A DNA stretch of 47,866 bases, taken from contig JAGVWM010000021.1 in the NCBI GenBank assembly GCA_018304325.1, forward strand, positions 1 to 47,866, given 5' to 3'. This document shows positions 34,083 through 43,500 of the stretch, in pieces (within the stretch, counting starts at the first letter, position 1; the number at the start of each line of letters is the position of its first letter). The translations under genes were made by a program, and so were the position numbers. The notes beneath the pieces are model-generated. The model did no database searches. It worked only from the letters and a program-made list of their open reading frames with translations, and was not told where the DNA came from. The stretch comes from Candidatus Pacearchaeota archaeon. Its GTDB lineage: Archaea; Nanobdellota; Nanobdellia; Pacearchaeales; GW2011-AR1.

Positions 34083-34799
34083 ATGAGGGAAGAAAGGATT
34101 TCTGCAGGATCTTACGATTTGAATAAATGGCTTTTTGGAGGTTATGAAAAAGATATTATAACTACCATATATGGCCCGGCAGGAAGTGGAAAAACAAATT
34201 TCTGTTTACTATCAGCTGTTTCACAAGCTAAAAAAGGAAATAAAGTTATATTTATTGATACAGAAGGAGGTTTTTCAATAGATAGATTTAAGCAGATTTC
34301 TGGAGAAGAAGAGTCATTGAGCAATATTCTTATCCTAAAACCAACAAATTTCGAAGAACAAAAAAAATCATTTGATACTCTTTTGAAAACGATAAAATCA
34401 GACAAACAAGTAAGCCTTATAATTGTAGACAGTATGACTATGCTTTACCGTTTAGAATTATCAGAAAAAGAAGAAAACAAAGTAAAAGAAATGAATTCTG
34501 AGCTTTCAAGACAGCTTAGAACTTTAGCAGAAATTGCAAGAAACAAAAACATACCAATTATCATAACAAATCAAATATATTACTCCTTTTTAAGTGAAGA
34601 AGAATTCCAAAGTGGAAAACAAAGAGATGTTAATATGGTTGGAGGAGATATATTAAGGTACTGGAGCAAATGTTTGATTGAGTTACAGAATAATAATTCT
34701 AGAAGAAAAATTATACTTAGAAAGCATAGAAGTTTGCCAGAAAAAGAAATGGAATTTATAATTGATAATAAAGGAATAAGGAAAAGAGGTTTATTCTGA
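34083..34799 (+). CDS. radB: RecA-family recombinase paralogue RadB
   Basis: LNKWLFGGYEKDIITTIYGPAGSGKTNFCL (Walker A) and LIIVDSMTMLYR (Walker B). Its 238 aa fits RadB rather than RadA. Confidence 0.75.
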   Translation: MREERISAGSYDLNKWLFGGYEKDIITTIYGPAGSGKTNFCLLSAVSQAKKGNKVIFIDTEGGFSIDRFKQISGEEESLSNILILKPTNFEEQKKSFDTLLKTIKSDKQVSLIIVDSMTMLYRLELSEKEENKVKEMNSELSRQLRTLAEIARNKNIPIIITNQIYYSFLSEEEFQSGKQRDVNMVGGDILRYWSKCLIELQNNNSRRKIILRKHRSLPEKEMEFIIDNKGIRKRGLF

Positions 34800-34841
34800 A
34801 TCCATACAAAACTTTATAAGATAATTTTATCTCATTTATAA

Positions 34842-36922
34842 ATGAAAAGAGAGGTTAGAAGTATAATTTATATTAAATTATTATTACTAATATTAGTATC
34901 ATCTTCTGTTTTTTTAATAGCAATATTTTTTTCCCAACCAAGAAATATAAATATTACTGCAAATGCAGTAAGTGATTTTAACAATAACTTAATATCTTAT
35001 TATACATTAGATAACAATGCAAATGATATTATAGGAATTAATAATGGGACGATTAGTGGTGCTACTCAAAACCAGAATGGAGTTTATAATAGGTCTTATC
35101 AATTTGACGGAGTAAATGATTATATTGGAGTGTCTAGTGCAAATTCGCTGAATATTAACAAATATACGGCAAGCGTATGGGTAAAAACCTCTTCTGAACA
35201 AGGAAGAATGACTATTGTTGAATTTACAAAATCTTCTGCAAATGGAAATAATAGGAGAGGTATTGCAATCTCAGGAAATAATAATTTAGGAAAACCAATT
35301 GAAACTGGCACCATATTGTTGTTATTTATGACAGCACTGATTCTAGTATGTATGTTGATGGAGTTAGTGCTACCTTAGGGGCTGAAGATACCACTAATAG
35401 TGGGTCATTTTCCTCACAGTTGAAGATAGGTAATTCTCTTACTAGTCAGGAAAACAGTTATTTTAATGGCACTATTGATGATGTAAGAATATATAATAAG
35501 GCATTAACATCAAATGAAGTTTTAGAATTGTATAACTATGAAATACTAAATTGTATTGATACAGATGTTAACTTAACTTACTCTGATGGCAAAAATTATT
35601 ATTTGCTTGGAAATACAAATGTAACAAGAAATGGTCATTTGTGGAGTTCTAATACAGATCAATGTCCAACAAATACAAAAGTTAAGGAGTTTTTTTGCTC
35701 AAACGGGAATTTTAACAGTATAGATTATGATTGCCCTACTGATTATTCATGCCAGAGTGGCGCCTGTATTAAAAATATCAATGGCTCGGCATGTACGCAA
35801 AATAGTGAATGCGGATCTAAATCTAACTCTTTAGTTTGTTATACAGGTAATATATACAATCAAACAATTACCCCTTCTTGTTCTGGAGGAAGTTGTGATT
35901 CTTCAAATATAACAAGAATATTAAACAAATCATGTTCTTATGGATGTAATCCAACTACTGTAACATGTTTATCACAAACACAATCACAGACTTGTTTAGA
36001 TTCTGATTCAGGCACAGATGGATTTGGAGCAAGTGCATTTGGGCTATATGGTAAAGGTAATGTTTCAGTATTAAATTCAACTTCTTCAACAACATCTTAT
36101 TATTTAGATTCATGTTCAAATTCAACTGCGGTTTTAGAATGGTTTTGCGATTCTTCAGGAGATATTTACAATGTAACCTATAATTGTCCTGCTGGATGTT
36201 CAAATGAAGCCTGTGTTTCAAATCAAAATTATCCAGATGAAATATGTGATGATAGTGATAATGGAAAAAATTATACTTATTCAGGAGTTGTTGATTATAC
36301 TTTAGACTTAATAGATTTATCTTTTCCAGATGAGTGTGAGCAAAATCAAGTTATAGAATACTTTTGTTCTAATGATAACTATGTTGATTTTGTAAAGCAA
36401 TCCTGCGGTTCAACTAAGATATGTTCAAATGGAAAATGTATCCCTCTTTCAAATAATCAAACAGATGGGAATGTAAATGTAAGTTTAGAATGTACTGATG
36501 GTACATCAAGTTGTGATGGATCATATTATATTTATTGTGCAAATGGCCAATGGCTAGATTCTCAGCAGATTCCTGGACAGTGTGATTATCAAAGTAGCAC
36601 TCTTGGTAATAATCTTCAAGGAAGACTGGATAATGCAGGTAGTTCTGCTGAACAAGGCTCAAAATGGCTGTTTTATCTTTTAATAATTTTAATAATTTTA
36701 ATAATAATTGGAGTTATTTCTGTAATTTCTTTTTATATAATAAAAAGAAAGAATAAATCACAAAATACAAAATCACCTCCTTCAAAGTCTTCAACATCTG
36801 GCCCAAAATCTCCACCATTTCCACCATCTTCCGGGAATAGTTCTCAAATGCCTCCGGTGAGAAAAGGATTTGCTTCTTTAAGATTACCAAGTAATATTCA
36901 AAATCCGGGAACTAAGCATTAA
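34842..36922 (+). pseudogene. LamG/concanavalin-like + Cys-repeat surface protein with TM and Pro-rich tail, split by a 1-nt frame shift near 35303
   Basis: ORF 34842..35378 reads ...YYTLDNNANDIIG...SYQFDGVNDYIGV...YTASVWVK. The frame of ORF 35348..36922 is open from 35303 and reads NWHHIVVIYDSTDSSMYVDGVS...GTIDDVRIYNKALT, completing one LamG domain. Three repeats E(F/W/Y)FC...C...C..G.C follow, then a TM and the tail KSPPFPPSSG. Confidence 0.6.
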
Positions 36923-36925
36923 ATT

Positions 36926-39247
36926 TTATTCTTTAGTTTCTTTATTTTTTCTTGATTCACACTCAGGATTAAAACAAAATATCCAAGGCCTCTTACCCTT
37001 TTTTATAGACATTAACATAGGAAAACCACAATACTCACATTTTTTTTCAGATTTCTTTATTAAAGAATTTGGAGGTAATGAATAAGTTTTTTTACATTCA
37101 GGATAATTACTACAACCTAAAAAGTATCTTTTGTACTCTTTAGAATATTTCAAACCTAAAGTCCCCTTTTCACACTCTATACAAGGCATTACCTCATTAT
37201 CTTTTTTTTCAGCTTCCCATAAAGTTTCAGTTGCTTTAACAAGGTCATCTCCTATTTTATTCTTATTTTTTTCAAAATCTTTCCCTATCGAAATAATAAT
37301 CTTTTTTGCTTCATCAAGTATTTTTTCTTCACTTTTATTCGGATTTTTTGAATTTCTTATGTTTTCAAGATTAAGCTCTATATCTCGCGTTAGTTTTTCA
37401 TCAATTATTATCGGAGAATTTTTTTCTAAAGTGTTAATTAAAGATAATCCTAAAGAAGTTGCTTCAATACTTTTTTCTTTTATATAACCTCTTTGATAAA
37501 GTGTTTCAAGAATATTTGCTCTTGTTGCTTTAGTTCCAAGATTTCTTTTTTCAAGCTCAGATATTATAGATGCAGGACTATATCTTTTTGGAGGCTGTGT
37601 CATTTTCTCTTCTATAACACTTTTTTTAATCTCAGCATCTCCATCCATATCAGGTATTTCATTCTCTTTTATTATTATTGGATAAACTTCCACCCAACCT
37701 TTTTTTGCAATTCCAAGGCCTCTTGCATAAAAATTCATTCCATTATATGAAAATGTTATTTTCTTATTGTCAATTATAGCATCTTCACAGAAACAATTAA
37801 CAAATCTTCTTACAATTAATTCGTAGATTCTTTTATCATCTTCTTCTAATTCATGGAACTCTCCAGTAGGATATATAGATGGATGTGCAGGATCTGTTTT
37901 TTTACCTTCTATAGGGGTTTTTCTTTTAGCTTTGTCAACAAATGAAAATCTTTTTTTTAATCGATCTAAAATAACATCATAACCTATTTCTTTAGGTATT
38001 TTCTGGCTTGAGGTTCTTGGATATGAAATAACTCCTCCAAGATAAAGTCTTTGAGCAATTTCAAGTGTTTTATTCGGATTTATTTTATACAATCTATAAG
38101 ATTCTGTTTGTAAACTTGTTAAATCAAATGGGGCATTTGGAGGCATTTCTTGTTTGTTCTTCTCTGTTTTAACAACACCTTTCTTGCCTTCAATACCATT
38201 AAACTTTGAAAGATCTTTTTCATTAGTTATATCTTTTTGGTATTTTACTTTAACATCATTTTTTTTATCACTAATATCTAAAAATACTTGCCAATATTTC
38301 TCAGATTTAAATCTCTGTATTTCTTTTTCTTTTTCTACTATTATATGTAATGCAGGACCCTGAACTCTTCCAATTGACATTAATCTAAATTTACCAGTAG
38401 ACTTTATAGCATCCATTAAAGCTCTAGATAAATTAATGCCATAAAGCCAGTCTAAATAGTGCCTTGTTTCTCCAGCAATTCCCTGCCCCCAATCTAAACT
38501 TTTGCTTCTTTTTTCAAATGCTTCCTGGATTTCTTTAGATGTAAGAGTTGAAAATTTCATTCTCTCAGCATCTTTTTGACCACATATATAACGGACAATA
38601 TTCATGCCAATAACCTCACCTTCTATATCATAATCTGTAGCTACAACGATTTCTGAAGCATTTTTTGATAGTTTTGCTATAACATTATAATACCTTTTTG
38701 TAAAATCATTTTTTCTTACTAAATAATTTGGAGCCCACTGAATATCAAATGTTGGCCATTTATTTCTTGCATTAACCTGTGCAATTGAAAAAAGATGTCC
38801 GACAGCACAAACAACCTGAATATCTTTTCCATTTCTTTGTAAAGTGTAGTAAGGAACATTTCCCAAAGAATTTTTAATTACTTTGCCCTCTGTCAATGCA
38901 TCAGATATTTTCTGAGCTGCTTGGGGTTTTTCAGTTATTATTAAGATATATCCTTTATCTTTTAACTTACTATTCATGGGTTTAAACTTTTCAGTCCATG
39001 ACTTCCCATTTGTTTTTCCAGTTGCCTTTTTCTTTCTATTTTTTATTTTAGTTTTTTTAACTTTCGTTTTGTAAACCTTTTCGTTAAAAGGTTTATTTTC
39101 AATTGTCTCTATGTTATCTCTTGATTTTACAAGTACATCAACAGCTCCAGCTAAATCAGATTCATCTACTGGAACAAAATCCTCTCTTATTGATTGCTCA
39201 CCATAGTGCTTCACAGGATCTTCAACATTTTTCTTCTTTGGAGGCAT
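36926..39247 (-). CDS. topA: DNA topoisomerase, type IA, with C-terminal zinc ribbons
   Basis: Toprim ILIITEKPQAAQKI and ATDYDIEGEVIG; SIGRVQGPAL; active-site region ISYPRTSSQKIP; C-terminal CIECEKG...CSNYPEC, CEYCGF...CFNPEC. Confidence 0.85.
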   Translation of the reverse strand: MPPKKKNVEDPVKHYGEQSIREDFVPVDESDLAGAVDVLVKSRDNIETIENKPFNEKVYKTKVKKTKIKNRKKKATGKTNGKSWTEKFKPMNSKLKDKGYILIITEKPQAAQKISDALTEGKVIKNSLGNVPYYTLQRNGKDIQVVCAVGHLFSIAQVNARNKWPTFDIQWAPNYLVRKNDFTKRYYNVIAKLSKNASEIVVATDYDIEGEVIGMNIVRYICGQKDAERMKFSTLTSKEIQEAFEKRSKSLDWGQGIAGETRHYLDWLYGINLSRALMDAIKSTGKFRLMSIGRVQGPALHIIVEKEKEIQRFKSEKYWQVFLDISDKKNDVKVKYQKDITNEKDLSKFNGIEGKKGVVKTEKNKQEMPPNAPFDLTSLQTESYRLYKINPNKTLEIAQRLYLGGVISYPRTSSQKIPKEIGYDVILDRLKKRFSFVDKAKRKTPIEGKKTDPAHPSIYPTGEFHELEEDDKRIYELIVRRFVNCFCEDAIIDNKKITFSYNGMNFYARGLGIAKKGWVEVYPIIIKENEIPDMDGDAEIKKSVIEEKMTQPPKRYSPASIISELEKRNLGTKATRANILETLYQRGYIKEKSIEATSLGLSLINTLEKNSPIIIDEKLTRDIELNLENIRNSKNPNKSEEKILDEAKKIIISIGKDFEKNKNKIGDDLVKATETLWEAEKKDNEVMPCIECEKGTLGLKYSKEYKRYFLGCSNYPECKKTYSLPPNSLIKKSEKKCEYCGFPMLMSIKKGKRPWIFCFNPECESRKNKETKE

Positions 39248-39248
39248 T

Positions 39249-40061
39249 TTATAAACTATCTAAAGGAGATTTAATATTCTGTAACTGGAAATTAGAAACA
39301 TGGGTATATATTTGTGTTGTTTCTAGCTTATTATGCCCTAAAAGTTTTTGGATAATTCTAATATCAACCCCATTTTCAAGCAGATGTGTTGCAAAACTAT
39401 GCCTTAATGTGTGGCAGCTTGCTTTTTTATTAATTGCAGATTTTTTAAGTGCACTTTCAAAAATTTTCTGAATAGTTTTTATTGTAATTTTTCCATTTCT
39501 ACCTTCAAATACATATTTACTATTATTTAGGGAAATATAATTTTTTAGTTCATTAGACAAACTTTCAGGGAGATTTACATATCTGTCTTTTTTACCTTTA
39601 GCTTCTTTGATTAATGCAATTTTCCTCTCAAAATTAACATCCTGTACCTTCAAATTTTGCAGTTCACTTACTCTTAAACCTAGTCCATATATTGTTTGAA
39701 GAATTAATCTATGTTTGGGATTATCTAAAGAATAAATTATTTTTTTTACTTCTTCTTTTGATAAAACAGAAGGTAGCCTTTTTTCTTTAGTTGGCCTTTT
39801 AATATCAAGCTTACTATTATAAATTCCAAAAGCAAATTTTAACGCACTAATTACAACATTTAAAGATATATTTGTCTGCCCTTTTTCATTTAAATAAGCC
39901 AAATATTTTTTCACATCTTCCTCATTTGAGAAAGATAAATCTTTATTGCTGAATTTAACAAAGTTTTCAATTATATTGGTATAAGATTTCTTAGTTTTAG
40001 GGCTAAAACCTCTTGCACTCATTTCTATTTTAAGTTTTTCAATACCATTTAGTTCACCCAT
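39249..40061 (-). CDS. Tyrosine recombinase, XerA/XerC/D-like (no IntI-type insertion seen)
   Basis: LGLRVSELQNLKVQDV...KGKKDRYVNLP...CHTLRHSFATHLLENGVDIRIIQKLLGHNKLETTQIYTHV. The start is taken at MGELNGIEK (40061), which has TTTATATACTTTATATGG upstream. The track's TTG start at 40214 reads through GC-rich non-coding DNA. Confidence 0.75.
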   Translation of the reverse strand: MGELNGIEKLKIEMSARGFSPKTKKSYTNIIENFVKFSNKDLSFSNEEDVKKYLAYLNEKGQTNISLNVVISALKFAFGIYNSKLDIKRPTKEKRLPSVLSKEEVKKIIYSLDNPKHRLILQTIYGLGLRVSELQNLKVQDVNFERKIALIKEAKGKKDRYVNLPESLSNELKNYISLNNSKYVFEGRNGKITIKTIQKIFESALKKSAINKKASCHTLRHSFATHLLENGVDIRIIQKLLGHNKLETTQIYTHVSNFQLQNIKSPLDSL

Positions 40062-40326
40062 ACAGGGAAATAACCATATAAAGTATATAAAATTATCTTT
40101 ATATGGAGTTGCTTGGCTTCGCCCAAATTGAGATTTCGCCCTTCTGGTTACTTGCTTTCCCCTTTTTTTCCGACATGGTGTTTTTGTCCCTGCTCCCTGC
40201 CCTTTAGGTTGCAAGTAATTCTCAGCCTTTTGATTTCTCGCTCAGTTTAACCTCACAAAAAGAAAACAGAAAAGAAATGCTTCGCACTTCTCATAACAAA
40301 GGTTAAACTAAATTGCTGAAACAGAC

Positions 40327-40713
40327 TTAATCTTCTCTCCAAACTTTTCTACAATGTTGGTCATAAATTACCCGTGCCGATTTGTATAATCTTTTTATTC
40401 CTTCAGAGTCAAATTCGCCTTTGGTAAATCTACGATAATGTCTTTGTATTGTTCTTTGTGAGACATTATCCAAATAAACTCCAAGCAGTTCTCTTTCCCC
40501 ATCATACATCGAGCTTTTGCTTTCCATACCAAAGGCTTTTTGTAAGAGAACATATTTCATCTCATCTAAGGTCGGATGTTCTTTTCTCATAATCTCTTCT
40601 AATCTTTGCCTTTCTTCTTCATACATTTTTAACATCCTCCCGATTGGACTATTTTCATGTTCTCTTCTTAACTCTTCAGTCATTTTTTCTATTGAACTTT
40701 TCCTTTTTGCCAT
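40327..40713 (-). CDS. Small basic protein with HTH-like segment (128 aa)
   Basis: LGVYLDNVSQRTIQRHYRRF is HTH-like. The ORF is bracketed by short nested inverted repeats. Confidence 0.45.
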   Translation of the reverse strand: MAKRKSSIEKMTEELRREHENSPIGRMLKMYEEERQRLEEIMRKEHPTLDEMKYVLLQKAFGMESKSSMYDGERELLGVYLDNVSQRTIQRHYRRFTKGEFDSEGIKRLYKSARVIYDQHCRKVWRED

Positions 40714-40979
40714 ATATTTTTGCGTTATGACCTGTATTTAAACTTTTGTTTGGGGTTTCAGCAACTACGCTACGAAATCGGCTGAGAACGAAATCTCAAC
40801 TCTCGGGGCACTTCGTGTGCCAGCCCGAGCCTTCCGCTTCGCTTCAGGTCAAGCAACAGCAGATTAAGAGGTAATTTCTTTTTGCTCCGCAAATCGCTTT
40901 CGTAGCGACCAGAAATTAGCCCAAATTTTTCAGTCATTTCTATTTTCAAATTAGCTGAAAAACTTCTTTTACCCCCAAT

Positions 40980-41150
40980 GTTAGTTTCAATTGCAAATTC
41001 TCTATACTTTGAAATAAAAACTGAAAATTAAGAGAGGACACTTCAATTCCCCAGACCACCCGCCCCTAAATTGTAGAAATTGTTGTAAATAAAAAGTGAG
41101 CCGCCTTGGTGCTTCGCACATTTTGTCTTGACTTCGTCAAGCAGAAAAAC
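40980..41150 (+). repeat. Long direct repeat, copy 1 (~171 bp)
   Basis: GTTAGTTTCAATTGCAAATTCTCTATAC...GGTGCTTCGCACATT has 7 mismatches in 143 nt against 47276-47418 by hand. It is followed by hairpin CTTGAC-TTC-GTCAAG and CAGAAAAAC. Confidence 0.8.
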
Positions 41151-41186
41151 AAAAGCTTTTATTAGTAGGTTTTATTTATTTCTATT

Positions 41187-42686
41187 ATGAGCAAAACATC
41201 TAAAAAACAAATAGTTGTTGGTTATCATCCTATTGCTAATCGCATTGGAGAAAAAATTTTGAATTCTGGCGGAAACGCTTTTGACGCTTTTGTAGCAACA
41301 ACTGCCGCCGAATGTGTATTGGGTGAAGGGGTAACAAGTCTTGCAGGTCCTTTAGGGGCTTTGCTTTATGGTTCAAAATCAAAAAAGTGTTATTATCTTG
41401 ATGCTGGTTTTAACACGCCTCTGAATATTGGTAAAAAAGATAAAATTGGTGCAAGAGTTCCCGGAGCACCGGCAGGTCTTGAAGCTATTTCTAAAAAATT
41501 TGGAAAATTGCCTTTTCACAAAGTTCTTGAGCCGGCAATCCAACTTGCACGTAATGGTTTTAAGTTAAATAATTTGTATGCAGATTTAATTTTCTTCAAC
41601 AAAGAAAAATTGAAAAAAAGCCAATACGGGAAACAAAAATTTTTTCAAAATAATAAACCTCTTGCAAAAGGAAAGATTTTAAAGTTTCCAGAAGTTGCAG
41701 TTGTTCTTGAATCTCTTGCTAAAAAAGGCTCAAAATATATGTATGAAGGGGAATGGGCTAAAAAAGTTGTTAAAGAAGTGCAAAAGAAAGGCGGAATTCT
41801 TACTATGAAAGATTTTTCTCAATATGAAATAAAATGGAGAAATCCAATCAAAATAAATTATAGAGATTATAAAATATATTCTACATCTGGAAGAACATTT
41901 GGAGGACTAGCGGTTTGTTTAGCATTAAAAGCTTTGGAGAATTTAGATATTTCTTCCTTTAAGAATCATTATTCAAATGATGCCACGGCTCTTGAAATTT
42001 TAATAAGGATTAACAATGAAGCAGAAAAAGTCGTGAATAATTTTAAACCTAAAGAACTCGATAATAATTTCCTTATCCAAAAATTAATTAATAAGAAAGC
42101 GCATGAAATATTGGAAAAAGTGCAAAAGGAAATAAAAATAAATAAATCTGTTCATGGAAACCATAGTTATCAAGTTTCTATTATAGATAAAGAAGGAAAT
42201 GCAATCACAGGAACAAATTCTATTCAATCTCTTCCTTGGGGAGAAGGGATTTTTGTTGAAGGAATTCCCTTAACTGCAAGCGGAATAGTAACTCCTTTTA
42301 GTACAAATTCCGGAGAAAGAGAATTATCTGCTTTATCAATGCACATGGGAATGAAGAGTTCAAAAGTTGCTTTCATAAGCGGAGCATTTGGTTCTTCATT
42401 AATTCCTGCCGAATTTCAGTTTCTAGTTAATATCATAGATTATAAACTTTCTGCGAAAAAAGCAACAACTCTTCCTAGATTTGGGACAACAGCATGGGAA
42501 ATGAAAAATAAAAAATATATACAAAAAGGAATTTGGCTAGATACGCGAATTAAAAAAAGCATAATCAATACCTTAAATAAACGAGGTTTAAAATTTGAAC
42601 AAGAAGGTTGGGTTGATACAGGATTCGGTTCCATTATACTTGTTAAACCTGATGGTTCTGTTGAGGGTTCAATTGCACCTGTTTAA
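41187..42686 (+). CDS. ggt: Gamma-glutamyltransferase-family protein (no signal peptide)
   Basis: HPIANRIGEKILNSGGNAFDAFVATTAAECV...; processing-site region GNHSYQVSIIDKEGNAITGTNSI. Confidence 0.7.
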   Translation: MSKTSKKQIVVGYHPIANRIGEKILNSGGNAFDAFVATTAAECVLGEGVTSLAGPLGALLYGSKSKKCYYLDAGFNTPLNIGKKDKIGARVPGAPAGLEAISKKFGKLPFHKVLEPAIQLARNGFKLNNLYADLIFFNKEKLKKSQYGKQKFFQNNKPLAKGKILKFPEVAVVLESLAKKGSKYMYEGEWAKKVVKEVQKKGGILTMKDFSQYEIKWRNPIKINYRDYKIYSTSGRTFGGLAVCLALKALENLDISSFKNHYSNDATALEILIRINNEAEKVVNNFKPKELDNNFLIQKLINKKAHEILEKVQKEIKINKSVHGNHSYQVSIIDKEGNAITGTNSIQSLPWGEGIFVEGIPLTASGIVTPFSTNSGERELSALSMHMGMKSSKVAFISGAFGSSLIPAEFQFLVNIIDYKLSAKKATTLPRFGTTAWEMKNKKYIQKGIWLDTRIKKSIINTLNKRGLKFEQEGWVDTGFGSIILVKPDGSVEGSIAPV

Positions 42687-42695
42687 ATCTTTTAC

Positions 42696-42725
42696 CTTCT
42701 TTTTTAGAAAAAAAGAAGCAAAAAA
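42696..42725. terminator. T/A-rich palindrome CTTCTTTTTTAGAAAAAAAGAAG + CAAAAAA after ggt
   Basis: Lies 10 nt after the ggt stop, between convergent genes. Related copies are at 43471-43500 and 46914-46940. Confidence 0.4.
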
Positions 42726-42742
42726 TTAAGTGCACTTTTCCC

Positions 42743-43147
42743 TTATTTGATCAACAGCAATGCTTCTTCAGGGCTAACAATCTTTATTCCTTGATATTCT
42801 TTTAATTTTAATAGATGTTTATCTTGACTTATAATTAAATCTGCATTTCCGCTTATTCCAGCTTCAAGAAATTTATTATCGTCAGGATCTTCCTTTATGA
42901 CATTAAGTTTTATTTTTGGATTAATAATAACAGAACTTTCGATGATTAAATTTCTCCATTCTTCAATCATTTCATCAGACATTTGAATTTTGAAATTTCT
43001 TAATGTTTCTGCAAATTCTTTTAAAATATCCATAGAACTGACTAACTCAAATTTCTTATTTTTCCATTTGTCTATTATTTGGGAACAAAAATTTCCCTCC
43101 CAGAAAATTCCAGAGACAAAAACATTAGTATCAATGATTGCTCTCAT
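42743..43147 (-). CDS. PIN-domain toxin
   Basis: AIIDTNVFVSG...; DPDDNKFLEAGISGNADLIISQDKHL. Confidence 0.65.
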   Translation of the reverse strand: MRAIIDTNVFVSGIFWEGNFCSQIIDKWKNKKFELVSSMDILKEFAETLRNFKIQMSDEMIEEWRNLIIESSVIINPKIKLNVIKEDPDDNKFLEAGISGNADLIISQDKHLLKLKEYQGIKIVSPEEALLLIK

Positions 43148-43404
43148 TTTTTCCGAGTCTGTTTGATTGCATTCTCTACATCAGGCTCTTTTATTCCTTT
43201 CTTTTTAGCAAAATCTCTTGTTTTTTTGAGTAGTTTATCTATTCCGCTAAAAGAAGGCATTTCCAACTTTTTCAATACAATTGTACTATCTTCCCCAATA
43301 ACAACAAACTTTTCTCCCTCGTGAATTTTCATTTTATCTCTTAAACTCTGGGGAATTACAACTTGCCCTCTTGAACTTACGCTTGTTATTTCAACTTTTT
43401 CCAT
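43144..43404 (-). CDS. AbrB/SpoVT-type antitoxin
   Basis: VSSRGQVVIPQSLRDKMKIHEGEKFVVIGEDSTIVLKK, with a 4-nt overlap with the PIN gene. Confidence 0.65.
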   Translation of the reverse strand: MEKVEITSVSSRGQVVIPQSLRDKMKIHEGEKFVVIGEDSTIVLKKLEMPSFSGIDKLLKKTRDFAKKKGIKEPDVENAIKQTRKK

Positions 43405-43470
43405 TTTTACCTCCTGATAAGTTTATATGATTGGTAAGATTATCTTATTTATAAATCTTTCGTTTAGAGT

Positions 43471-43500
43471 CTTCTTTCCCTAAAAAAAGAAACAAAAAAA
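43471..43500. repeat. Degenerate copy of the T/A-rich palindrome
   Basis: CTTCTTTCCCTAAAAAAAGAAACAAAAAAA. Together with 42696-42725 it brackets the PIN/AbrB module as imperfect direct repeats. Confidence 0.5.

Noticed and set aside
2200-35320. Programmed -1 ribosomal frameshifting in the three surface-protein genes.
   Set aside because: There is no X-XXY-YYZ slippery site or downstream pseudoknot at any junction. All are repaired by adding one base, at least two of them in short homopolymers, so sequencing error or simple mutation is more parsimonious.
40062-40214. The 51-aa N-terminal extension of the recombinase ORF (TTG start at 40214).
   Set aside because: It translates the GC-rich structured block (MQPKGQGAGTKTPCRKKRGKQ...). 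A TATA-like box sits just upstream of the internal ATG at 40061, and recombinase homology starts after that point.
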